DNA of 64,000 nucleotides. Origin: Polyangiaceae bacterium. Its GTDB lineage: Bacteria > Myxococcota_A > Polyangia > Polyangiales > Polyangiaceae. Both the position numbers and the translations under genes were made by a program. The stretch spans positions 29,521-93,520 of the forward strand of contig JBGAKG010000027.1 of the NCBI GenBank assembly GCA_044224495.1. Direction: 5' to 3'. The notes under the pieces were generated by a model, which saw only the letters and a program-made list of their open reading frames with translations, was not told the DNA's origin and ran no database searches. Positions 38,662-47,389 of the stretch are shown piece after piece; the first letter of the stretch is position 1, and every line of letters starts with the position of its first letter.

Positions 38662-39005
38662 CAGCGCCCCATCACCCGCGCGAGCCCGAGAGCATGGCGC
38701 ACGTCTTCCTCCGACAACCCCGTCTCGGCCGCGAGCTCCGTGGGGCGCGGCGTTCGTCCCAATTTGGTACGAAGGACGCGAGCCGCGTCGAGAACCCGCG
38801 CGAGCTTCCGTTCGCCGTCGCCCCCGCTCGGCGCGATCACCCGACGCCCGTTCGCCTCGAGCCGGGTCAGGAGCTGGTCGACGTCGTCCGTCCCCGCGGC
38901 GGCGAGCCCGATCGCCTCGCCGATGCGATCGAGGTGGACCTCCCGCGAATCCTCGCTCTCGGCGAGGAGCCGCTGGAGGGTGGCCTCGAGCTCGGCGGGG
39001 GTCAC
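38661..39005 (-). CDS. small protein resembling sigma-70 region 1.1 plus region 3.0 (sigma fragment-like)
   Basis: GTG start overlaps the upstream stop (GTGA). DDVDQLLTRLEANGRRV resembles the end of sigma-70 region 1.1. LGRTPRPTELAAETGLSEEDVRHALGLA resembles region 3.0. No region 2 or region 4. Contains 17-nt palindrome copy D. Confidence 0.45.
   Translation of the reverse strand: MTPAELEATLQRLLAESEDSREVHLDRIGEAIGLAAAGTDDVDQLLTRLEANGRRVIAPSGGDGERKLARVLDAARVLRTKLGRTPRPTELAAETGLSEEDVRHALGLARVMGR
38755..38771. repeat. 17-nt near-palindrome CGTCCCAATTTGGTACG (copy D, 16/17 identity to the reverse-complement form)
   Basis: Lies inside the small sigma-like CDS and encodes RTKLGR on the minus strand. 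Confidence 0.5.
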
Positions 39006-40981
39006 TTCTCGCCCATCTTCTGGAGACGGATTGCGGCGTCGCGTTGGGCGGCGTCGATCTCGCCTTCGAGGCGCGTCATCTCGGCCTCGGCCGAGTTCAC
39101 CTTGTTCTGCTCGGCCTCGAGCTCGCCGACGTAGCGGAGGCGCAGCGCGCCCTCGGCCCCGCCGTCGCGCAGGACCGCGAGCTGCTCGCTGATCTTCTGC
39201 TGCTTCTGGTACGCCGCCGTGCGCGACGCCTCCGCGCGGCGCCGGCTCTCGTGGTGCTCCGCGATCCGGCGGAACACGGCGAGGATGCCGCGCAGCGCCT
39301 CCCCGTTCTTCTCGTCGAGCAGGCCGTTCTTGACGAACTTGCCCACGTCGTCGACCCCGAGGCGCGCGATGTCGAGCGAGACGCTGTCGTTCCAGCGCTC
39401 GATCACCTTCGCGGTGGCGCGCCCGCGCGCGGGAGCCTCGATCGTGAAGCGGTGGTAGCTCAGCGTCTCCTCGAACGGCGCGAGCCCCTCTTTGGCGATC
39501 GTGCGCCCGGCGAGCTTCGGGAGCTCGAAGATGACGCCGACCGGCTCCGCGTGATCGCTCTCCACCGTGATCTCGTGGTGGACCTCGATCTGGTTCTCCT
39601 GGAAGAGCCCGCCGCCGCGCGCATAGACCTGGGTCGCGGTGCGGACCGTGCGCGTCGTCTCCTTGCAGCGCACCGCGAGATCCTTCGCGAAGCCGAGCAG
39701 CACCTTCGCGCCCCGCGCTGCGTAGGAGACCATCGCCTCGCCGGCGTACACGCCGTCGTCGTAGATGACCGCCGGGCCTTCTTCGAGCACGGCATCGCTC
39801 GAGTTCTCGAACGCGAGGACCAGATCGGGCGGCGGCGGCGACCCGGCGCGCCAGATGCGCTCCTTCTTCGCCGGGATGCGCGCCATGAGGAGCGGCACCA
39901 TCGCGGAGCCACCGCGCTTGAGCGCGATCTTCCCGCGCACGCGATACTCGAAGAGCTCGCCGCGGTCGGTGAACGTCGCAGCGTCGGCCATCGCGTCGAA
40001 CGCGGCGCCACCGAAGGTCGTCGTCGGGGCGTCCTCGAGCTGCTCCGCGAGCGCCTGGAAGCCGCCACCGTAGCCACCGGTCACGGTCGCGGACGCGCGC
40101 GCGGCCTTCGGCGCCGGGGCGGGCCGCGGCGCCGGAGCTTGCGGGGGCGGGGGCGGCGCCCCCGGAGCGCGCTCGAAGCGCGTCGGGGCAGCACCACCGC
40201 GCGTCTGCTCCTCGACCACCGCGCGCCGAACGGAGCGCGGGTTGTAGAGGTCGATCACGAAGCTCACCGGCTCGCCCGTCGTGAGCACCAGGTCGATGCC
40301 GTCGAGATCCTCGTCGGCGGGGTTGTGGACGATGCCCCACGCCATGAGCAGGGTGGAGTCGCCCTCGCGCGCGATGCGGTACGAGACGCGCCACGTCGGC
40401 GCCGGGATCACGTAGGACACGCGGAGGTCTTCGGCCTCGCCCTGCACGTCCACCCGAACCGTGCGGCTGTCGCCCGCCGTCGACGCGCGCGAGCGATCGG
40501 CGAGGAACGCGAGGTCGGCACGCGACGTGGGATCGAGCGGCTCGACGCGCTGGATCTGGTTCACCTCGACGCCGAGCAACGCGTCGTTCTCGTTCCGGAG
40601 CACGAGGAGCCGGCGCTCTTCGCCTTCGCGCCCGGGCGCCATCTCGAGACCGAGCACCTCACCCGAGTGGACTTGGCCGCCCGAGTGGACCACGACGCGA
40701 CGCCCGCGGAGGCGCCACAGGATGTCGCGGAGCACGCTCCCCGGTTTGACGTCGAGCTTTCGCGCGGCGAGCGCTTCGGCCGGATCCTCCGGCTTCTCGA
40801 ACGCGAGCGCTCCGATGGTCGCGGAGCCCTTCGCGACCCACACCGAGAGCGACTTCAGGATGTCGTTCATCTCGTCCTTCTTGAACGAGAGCTCGAAAGG
40901 TCCGGACGCTGGGCCGGACCTCTCGAGATACGCGACGCCGTGCTTGAAGAGGACCATCGTCCGGACGCGAGGCAGGCTCAT
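39002..40981 (-). CDS. DUF4139-like protein with C-terminal coiled coil
   Basis: 659 aa, beta-rich N-terminal two-thirds, a poly-Pro/Ala linker, a C-terminal coiled coil (QKQQKISEQLAVL...). I remember DUF4139/TIGR02231 proteins as having this arrangement. Not verified. Confidence 0.5.
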   Translation of the reverse strand: MSLPRVRTMVLFKHGVAYLERSGPASGPFELSFKKDEMNDILKSLSVWVAKGSATIGALAFEKPEDPAEALAARKLDVKPGSVLRDILWRLRGRRVVVHSGGQVHSGEVLGLEMAPGREGEERRLLVLRNENDALLGVEVNQIQRVEPLDPTSRADLAFLADRSRASTAGDSRTVRVDVQGEAEDLRVSYVIPAPTWRVSYRIAREGDSTLLMAWGIVHNPADEDLDGIDLVLTTGEPVSFVIDLYNPRSVRRAVVEEQTRGGAAPTRFERAPGAPPPPPQAPAPRPAPAPKAARASATVTGGYGGGFQALAEQLEDAPTTTFGGAAFDAMADAATFTDRGELFEYRVRGKIALKRGGSAMVPLLMARIPAKKERIWRAGSPPPPDLVLAFENSSDAVLEEGPAVIYDDGVYAGEAMVSYAARGAKVLLGFAKDLAVRCKETTRTVRTATQVYARGGGLFQENQIEVHHEITVESDHAEPVGVIFELPKLAGRTIAKEGLAPFEETLSYHRFTIEAPARGRATAKVIERWNDSVSLDIARLGVDDVGKFVKNGLLDEKNGEALRGILAVFRRIAEHHESRRRAEASRTAAYQKQQKISEQLAVLRDGGAEGALRLRYVGELEAEQNKVNSAEAEMTRLEGEIDAAQRDAAIRLQKMGEK

Positions 40982-41017
40982 GGTCCCCCCATCCTAGAAG
41001 ACGAATGGCGGGCGGAG

Positions 41018-42421
41018 CTACTGGGGTGCCAGCCGGCCGAGACGCCCGCCGTAGCCCCACGTGACGTAGAGCTCGCCGTCGTTGCCCTCGACGATCGAGC
41101 TGATCGCGCTCAGGCCGCCTTGGGTGGTGACGTCGGCGTTCTGGATGACGGTCGGGCCGTAGAGCGTGCCGTTGCAGTAGCGGATCGCCGCCATCTCCGC
41201 GCCCGAGAAGTCCGCGAAGAGGATGACGCCGTAGAGGCTCGGGATCGCCTTGCCGCGGTACGTGACGCCGCCGATGACCGACTTGTAGTCCTTGAACGGG
41301 CTGGAGCTGTTCGCCTTGCGGTCGACCGAGACGATCGGCGGGAAGTACGGCGACGGACCGCCGAGCGGCTTGTTGCCGCAGGTGCCTTGCGTGTTCCCCT
41401 CGTAGGCCGGCCAACCGAAGTTCTTCCCGGCCGCGCCGAACGGCGAGAGGTCGAGCTCCTCGTACGAGTCCTGACCGACGTCCCCGATGATCATGTCGAA
41501 GGTGACGCTGTCGAAGTTGTAGCGGAACGGGTTGCGGAGCCCGTAGTGGTAGACGCGCTTGTCGTCCGCGAACGGGTTGCCCGGAGCGGCGAACGGCGCC
41601 GGAAGGTCGACGTCGAGCCGGAGCACCTTCCCGAAGAGCTTCGTCGTGTCCTGGACCTGACCGGGCTTCGAGCTCTCGCAGCCGCCGCCGCCGTCGCCCG
41701 TGCCGACGTACAGGTAGTTGTCGGGGCCGAACTTGATCGTGCCGCCGTTGTGGTTGGTGTCGGACGCGGGGAGGACCACGATGTCCTGCACCTTCGTCGC
41801 GACCGCGATGTCCGGGTTGTTCGGATCGCGCTTCCACTCGACCACGGCGTCCGCGTTGGTCGGCGCGTAGCTGCCGTCGTTGTTGTCGGCGGGCGTGCCC
41901 ATCGTGAAGAAGCGACCGTTCTTCGCGAAGTTCGGGTGGAACGCGACGCTGAGGAGTCCGCGCTCGCCGGCGTTCGTGCCCATCCCCTTCGAGATGTCCA
42001 AGAACGGCGTCGCCAGGATGGCCCCGTTGCGGATGATCTTGATGCGGCCGGCTTGCTCGACGAGGTACCAGTCTGTCGAGCCCGGCGGCTGGATCGCGTA
42101 GGGCGCGAACGAACCGCTGCCCTGGGCCGAGACGGGGACGATCTTGAGGGGCGGGACGGTGGGCGCCTGCGCCACACATGCACCGCCGTCGCCGGGGGTC
42201 GGGTTGTGGTTCAGGGCGCCGTCGCTGCCGCCGTCGCCGGGAGGTGCGCCGTCGTTGTTGACGGTGCCGTCGTTGCCGCCGTCATTTCCGTTGGTGACGT
42301 CGTTGCCGCCACCATCGCCCGGATCGACCGGTGCATCATCGCCACACGCCCCGAGCGTGGCGCCCGCCACGACCAAGAGGGAGAGACCCGTGACCCCGAA
42401 CGCGACCTTAAGGAATTTCAT
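41018..42421 (-). CDS. PQQ-dependent sugar dehydrogenase (soluble glucose/sorbosone dehydrogenase family) lipoprotein
   Basis: Lipobox LGAC. HNGGTIKFGPDNYLYVGTGDGG and NFGWPAYEG are GSDH signatures. Confidence 0.8.
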   Translation of the reverse strand: MKFLKVAFGVTGLSLLVVAGATLGACGDDAPVDPGDGGGNDVTNGNDGGNDGTVNNDGAPPGDGGSDGALNHNPTPGDGGACVAQAPTVPPLKIVPVSAQGSGSFAPYAIQPPGSTDWYLVEQAGRIKIIRNGAILATPFLDISKGMGTNAGERGLLSVAFHPNFAKNGRFFTMGTPADNNDGSYAPTNADAVVEWKRDPNNPDIAVATKVQDIVVLPASDTNHNGGTIKFGPDNYLYVGTGDGGGGCESSKPGQVQDTTKLFGKVLRLDVDLPAPFAAPGNPFADDKRVYHYGLRNPFRYNFDSVTFDMIIGDVGQDSYEELDLSPFGAAGKNFGWPAYEGNTQGTCGNKPLGGPSPYFPPIVSVDRKANSSSPFKDYKSVIGGVTYRGKAIPSLYGVILFADFSGAEMAAIRYCNGTLYGPTVIQNADVTTQGGLSAISSIVEGNDGELYVTWGYGGRLGRLAPQ

Positions 42422-42448
42422 GACGCCACCTCGAAGAGGCAGCGTACC

Positions 42449-43687
42449 TCAGGGCGCGGGCGCCGGGTAGCCAGCGTCCACGCGCATCCCCTGGATCCAC
42501 GTGCTGACGATCCCGACGCCTGCGTCGTCGACGCGGTGAGTGATGATCGGCGGCATCTGCGCGACGCCACCGTCGAGCACGTCGCGCGCCAGCATGCGCG
42601 CGGGGATCAGGCTGCGGCTCGGGTCACCGGGGTGGATGTCGTACCAGCCGCCGTCCGGAGCGGTCGGTTGACCGGGCCAGTTGTTCCCCGGCTTCTTGTT
42701 CGCGCCCTTCACGACCGTGTCGGTCGTGGGTGCCGACGCGAGCGACGCGGCTTGGAGCTTCATGTGGAGGCCGGAGAGGTTCGCCGGGCTCGGCGCCGTC
42801 GCGTTGTGGCACGCGACGCCGCAGTTCACGTGCAAGTACCCGAGCGCGGCACGCTCGTTCGGTGAGCCTGGGATCTGCAGCGCGCTCGCGGGCGGCGGTC
42901 CGCCGGACGCGCTGGTCTTCAGTCGCCCGCTGGAGAGGAGCTCGGCGTATCCGAGGCCCGTCGCCTCCGGTGCGCTCGACAGCAGCGCGTCGAGGCCGAG
43001 GACGCTGTCCTGTCGACCTTGGTGGCACTGGGCACACTGCCCGTGCGACGGGATCTGGTAGCCGGTCCCCAGCACGTCGGTCACCCCGACGTCGTTGCGG
43101 GTCGCGCTCTTGCCGTCGCCGGCCCACACGAACGTCGTCCACTTCCACACCCCGTCGGGGATGTCCTTGTCGGGCGCCTTCCAGAAGAAGCGCGTCTCGA
43201 CGAGCGCGGTGCCGCCGTCCCCGAGCGGGATCGTGAACTCCTTCCAGAGCTTCGTGCCGAGAGGGAAGACCCACTCGTCCATGTTGGTCACGTCGATCTT
43301 GCTGCCGGGCGGGAGATAGACGAACCGGCGCTTGAGCGCCCCGTCGGACCAGAGCACGAAGCCCGGCGCGAACTCGCGCACGTCGCACGCGAGCTTGCGC
43401 GTCGCGAGATCGTCGTAGAGGCCCGTGCACGCGAGCTGGTCGGGCACGCCGCCGTCGTTCGCGCAGCTCGAGGGCGCGACCCACGGCGTGCACGGCGGAC
43501 CTGCGTCCGCATCGGCCGGGCTCCCGTCGACGGAGACGTCGCCGACGACGTCGGGGGAAGCATCGGTGGTGGGGGTCGTGGTGTCGTCCGAAGAGCAAGC
43601 GTCGGTGGCTGCCGCTGCCGCCACGACGCCGATGACCACGGCGAGCCCTGCCACGAGCCGAGAACGTTTCCGGAGGTTCGCGCTCAC
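42449..43687 (-). CDS. lipoprotein with CxxCH haem-binding motif (putative c-type cytochrome partner)
   Basis: Lipobox TDAC. CAQCH motif plus a second CGVACH. Immediately upstream of the PQQ dehydrogenase on the same strand. Confidence 0.45.
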   Translation of the reverse strand: MSANLRKRSRLVAGLAVVIGVVAAAAATDACSSDDTTTPTTDASPDVVGDVSVDGSPADADAGPPCTPWVAPSSCANDGGVPDQLACTGLYDDLATRKLACDVREFAPGFVLWSDGALKRRFVYLPPGSKIDVTNMDEWVFPLGTKLWKEFTIPLGDGGTALVETRFFWKAPDKDIPDGVWKWTTFVWAGDGKSATRNDVGVTDVLGTGYQIPSHGQCAQCHQGRQDSVLGLDALLSSAPEATGLGYAELLSSGRLKTSASGGPPPASALQIPGSPNERAALGYLHVNCGVACHNATAPSPANLSGLHMKLQAASLASAPTTDTVVKGANKKPGNNWPGQPTAPDGGWYDIHPGDPSRSLIPARMLARDVLDGGVAQMPPIITHRVDDAGVGIVSTWIQGMRVDAGYPAPAP

Positions 43688-44853
43688 GGGCGCAGCATAG
43701 CACCCCGGCCGTCGTCTCCGGCGCGCGCCGGCGCGGCGGTGCCATCGAGCTCGACGCCTTCGATCGTACCGCCCGTCGCGACCCGGTAGGTGCGGCCCTC
43801 CCAGCGCACCCGGCGCTCACCCGTCGCCGCGAGCGCGGCACGGAGCAGAAGCATGTCGGCGAGCGGCGCGACCACGATCGCCCAGGCGCTCGAGCGCCCG
43901 CGGTAGGGCCCGAGCACGAGCACTGCGGCCAAGGCCCAGCGCAGCGCGAGAAGCGCGAGCGCCGCGGCGAGCGCACGCGGATCCCACGGCGCCAGCGCGA
44001 GCGCGAGCGGCACCGACGCGACCAGCGCCGGGTACGCCCAGAGCAGGCCCGGCCGGTGGAGCGACGCGACGCGGAGCCAGCGCGCGAGCTGCGCGGACAG
44101 CGAGCGCATCGTGCGCGAGTCGTCGACGGTGGCGACCGCGAGCTCCGCCATCCGCGCCGTGGCACCGCGCGCGACGACCGCGTCGACCAACGCGACGTCG
44201 TCGCCGATCGCCGCGACCAGGCTCTCGTAGCCGCCGATGCTCTCCAGCAGCGGAGCCGGCGTCGCGACGAGCTTGCCCGCCAGCGCCGGCGCGCCGGCGC
44301 CGATCCGCGCGAGCGCATCGATCGCCGCGAACGCTTGGGGCGTGGCCGTCACCACCGCGCGCGCGAAGAGCTCGGCGGCCGCGCTTCCGCCGCGCGGAGC
44401 CGGTGCGGCGAACGCGACGGTCGTCCGCGTGGTCGCCGCCACGAGCCGCTCGAGATCGCCGGGCGCGAGCTCGACGTCCGCGTCGGCGTGCACGACGATC
44501 GTGTGCTCGTCGATCCAACCGAGCGCCTCCGCCTCGCGGTGCGCGATCGCGAGGTGGAGCGCCTTGCGATTTCCGACCGCGTTCGGCGCGATCCCGCTCC
44601 GCACGGAGTGCGCTCCGTCGAGCTCGTCGCCCGTCGCGCTCGCGACGACGCGACGCAGCGGGCCCCGATAGGCGCGCGCGTCGGCGGCGAACCGCGCGCG
44701 GTGCGCAGGGCGCACCGCTTCGACGCAACGGAGGAGGACCACGGGCGGCAACGGCTCCACGCTCCGCGGCGCGCGCCGCCGAAACGCCACCGCGAAGATC
44801 GTCACGGCCACGAACAGCGCGGCGACGATCGCCGGGATGGCGACGAGAATCAC
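43684..44853 (-). CDS. family 2 glycosyltransferase (carotenoid glucosyltransferase-like)
   Basis: GTG start overlapping the crtC stop. N-terminal TM, GT2 D..D region (VVHADADVELAPGD) and multiple C-terminal TM helices. Last gene of the crt operon. Confidence 0.6.
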   Translation of the reverse strand: MILVAIPAIVAALFVAVTIFAVAFRRRAPRSVEPLPPVVLLRCVEAVRPAHRARFAADARAYRGPLRRVVASATGDELDGAHSVRSGIAPNAVGNRKALHLAIAHREAEALGWIDEHTIVVHADADVELAPGDLERLVAATTRTTVAFAAPAPRGGSAAAELFARAVVTATPQAFAAIDALARIGAGAPALAGKLVATPAPLLESIGGYESLVAAIGDDVALVDAVVARGATARMAELAVATVDDSRTMRSLSAQLARWLRVASLHRPGLLWAYPALVASVPLALALAPWDPRALAAALALLALRWALAAVLVLGPYRGRSSAWAIVVAPLADMLLLRAALAATGERRVRWEGRTYRVATGGTIEGVELDGTAAPARAGDDGRGAMLRP

Positions 44854-45869
44854 GGGAGGGTCCCCCACTCGCCCACGTCGGGACGAGCCAGCCGGAGCGC
44901 GATCATCTGGCGCACGAACGGGTGCTCGAGCCGCAGGAAGTCGATGTGCTCGCCGATGCCCGTCCGCGCGCCGGGCGCCGACGCGAGGAACCGGGTGTAG
45001 AACGGGCCCCGCTCGAGCGGACGGACCCGCTGGAGAGCGACCCCCGGCTCGACCTCGAACGCGTGCGGCGTCGGGAGGAGGAAGCTCCGGAGGGAGGCGC
45101 GCTCGCGCCGCAACGGGAGGACCGCCGTGCGCCGGTGGCCACCGGTGGCGAAGAGCTCGTGGGAGCGACGCCCCTCGGTCGTCTTCACGTCGAAGAACAC
45201 GCGCGTGCTCTCGCCGTCGTGCATGCGGCCCCACGACCAGCTCGCGAGGCGGCGCGCGGGCGGCTCGCTGCCGAAGTTCGTGTCGTGGTAGCCGGTGCCC
45301 TGCAGGTCGCCGACGCCTTCGATCGTGCCCTCGACGCGCGCCCGCGGCGCGATCGCGTGCCAGGCGTGCTCGCGCCCCGAGAGGTGGACCGGGCGCGGCG
45401 TGAGCGAAGGCTCGCGCGGCTCGAAGCGGAAGCTCGCGCGGACCGGCGCGCGGAGCGCCACGCGGCGCTCTTCGATCGCGACGTGGAACGCGCCATCCGC
45501 CGCGCGATGGAAGCTCGAGCGCGCGATCCGGACACCGTGCGGTCCGCGCTCGAGCCGGTCCATCCCGTACTCGGAGAAGCAGAAGAGCGGCAGCTCCCCC
45601 TTCCGGTACACGACGAAGCTCACCGCGACGTGCTCGTGCGGGCGAGCGTCCTCGCCGCGCGCGAGGCGGGCGGCGTAGGTCGGCGAGAAGATCGACCCGA
45701 CGAGGAAGATCGCGCTGAACGCGGTGCGCTCGTCGTCGGAGAGAGCGTCGAAGTACCACCAGCGGTAGGCACCCGGACGCTCGTCTTCGGGGAGCGGGAC
45801 GGCGAGCGGATGCGGCGCGGGGGCGAGCGCGGATTGCGGGAAGACGAGCGCGGAGCTCACTTGAACCAC
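44850..45869 (-). CDS. crtC: carotenoid 1,2-hydratase (hydroxyneurosporene synthase family)
   Basis: The N-terminal YRWWYFDALSDD motif is characteristic of CrtC. 339 aa. Confidence 0.7.
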   Translation of the reverse strand: MVQVSSALVFPQSALAPAPHPLAVPLPEDERPGAYRWWYFDALSDDERTAFSAIFLVGSIFSPTYAARLARGEDARPHEHVAVSFVVYRKGELPLFCFSEYGMDRLERGPHGVRIARSSFHRAADGAFHVAIEERRVALRAPVRASFRFEPREPSLTPRPVHLSGREHAWHAIAPRARVEGTIEGVGDLQGTGYHDTNFGSEPPARRLASWSWGRMHDGESTRVFFDVKTTEGRRSHELFATGGHRRTAVLPLRRERASLRSFLLPTPHAFEVEPGVALQRVRPLERGPFYTRFLASAPGARTGIGEHIDFLRLEHPFVRQMIALRLARPDVGEWGTLP

Positions 45870-47389
45870 CTCCGCAGCGCGCCGAGGCCGCCGCTCGCGG
45901 TGACGGGCTTCGTGTCCTCTGCGACGAGATCGGCGACGAAGCGCCCACCCTTGATCACCATCGGCACGCCGCCGCCGGGGTGCGTGGCGCCCGAGACGAA
46001 GTAGACGCCACGCGCGAACTCGGCCCGATGTTTGGGGCGCTCGAAGGTGGCGGTCGCCCCGTGGGGAGCCGCGCCGTAGATCGCGCCCTGCGCCGCGCCG
46101 GTGCGCGCGATGTCGCGCGGTCCGACGACGATCTCGGCGCGGATGCGCGCGCCGAGCTCGGGCACGAGCGTGCGCTCGATGCGCTGGATGACCTGCGCCC
46201 GGAGCGCGTCGATCGCGCTCGCGGAGAGCTGCTCGTCCGCGGGTGCGTTCACGAGACAGAAGAGGACGTGATGACCCGCCGGCGCCCGCGCGGGATCGCC
46301 GTGGGTGGGGATCGAGACGTAGATCGTGGGATCGGCCGGGAGCTCTCCGCGATCGAAGATGGCGTGGTGCTCGGCGGCGTAGTCGGCCGGGAAGAGCACG
46401 TTGTGGTGCGCGACGGCGGGCACGTCGCCTTCGACCCCGAAGCCGAACGCGACGCCGCTCAGCGACGGGGTGCGGGTGGAGAGCGCGTCGGAGAACCGCG
46501 CCGCGCCCGCCGAGCCCGGGAAGAGCGTGCGCGCGGCGACGAGCGGGTCGGCGTTGACGACGACGACGTCGGCGGGGAGCACCTCCCCCGCGAGCGCGAC
46601 GCCCGTCGCGCGACCGCCCTCACCGACGACGACCTCACGGACGTCCGCGCCGTAGACGAAGCGAACGCCCCGCCGCGCGAGGGCCTGCGCGAGGACCTCC
46701 GCGAGGTGCTGGATCCCGCCGCGCGGATAGAAGGCTCCCTGCGCGATCTCCAGGTACGGGATCATCGCGAGCGCACCGCTCGAGCGCGCCGGATCCCCGC
46801 CCGCGTACGTGGCGAAGCGGCCGACGAACATCCGCATCTCCGGGCTCTCGAACCAGCGCTCGGCGAGCTCGGAGAGCGTCCCGAGCGCGAGCCCGACCTT
46901 CAACGCGCGGCTTCCCCCGCGCAGCGCACGCTGCGCGTAGTCGACGAGCCCGTTGAAGGGCGCCGAGAGGTACGGCTCTCCCGCCACTTCCCACATTTCC
47001 TTGCATTCTGCAAAGAATCCGTCCCACGCGGCGGCGTCGGTGGGAGAGAAGCGAGCGATGTCGGCCTTCGTGCGCTCGTGGTCCGCGCGAACGACGAGCT
47101 CGTGACCGCTCGCGAACAGGTAGCGCGCGACCGGGTCGAGCCGAGAGAGAGAGACCTCCGCCGCGAGCGACGTGCCCGCGGCGCGGAACGCGAGATCGAC
47201 CTCCTCGGGCATCGTCAGGAGCGTCGGCCCGGTGTCGAACGTGAAGCCTCGCTCCACGCGCCGCGCAGCTTTTCCGCCGGGGTGAGCGGCGCGCTCGACC
47301 ACCGTCACCGACCACCCCGCCGCGACGAGGTGCGCCGCCGCCGACAACCCGCCGAAACCGGCCCCGACTACGATCGCGCGCCGACTCAT
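45857..47389 (-). CDS. crtD: phytoene desaturase family protein (CrtD/CrtI-like carotenoid desaturase)
   Basis: VVGAGFGGLSAAAHL FAD-binding fold and a CrtI-family C-terminus. Start placed at MSRRAIVV. The 5' part of the long ORF is spurious. Confidence 0.75.
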   Translation of the reverse strand: MSRRAIVVGAGFGGLSAAAHLVAAGWSVTVVERAAHPGGKAARRVERGFTFDTGPTLLTMPEEVDLAFRAAGTSLAAEVSLSRLDPVARYLFASGHELVVRADHERTKADIARFSPTDAAAWDGFFAECKEMWEVAGEPYLSAPFNGLVDYAQRALRGGSRALKVGLALGTLSELAERWFESPEMRMFVGRFATYAGGDPARSSGALAMIPYLEIAQGAFYPRGGIQHLAEVLAQALARRGVRFVYGADVREVVVGEGGRATGVALAGEVLPADVVVVNADPLVAARTLFPGSAGAARFSDALSTRTPSLSGVAFGFGVEGDVPAVAHHNVLFPADYAAEHHAIFDRGELPADPTIYVSIPTHGDPARAPAGHHVLFCLVNAPADEQLSASAIDALRAQVIQRIERTLVPELGARIRAEIVVGPRDIARTGAAQGAIYGAAPHGATATFERPKHRAEFARGVYFVSGATHPGGGVPMVIKGGRFVADLVAEDTKPVTASGGLGALRRWFK

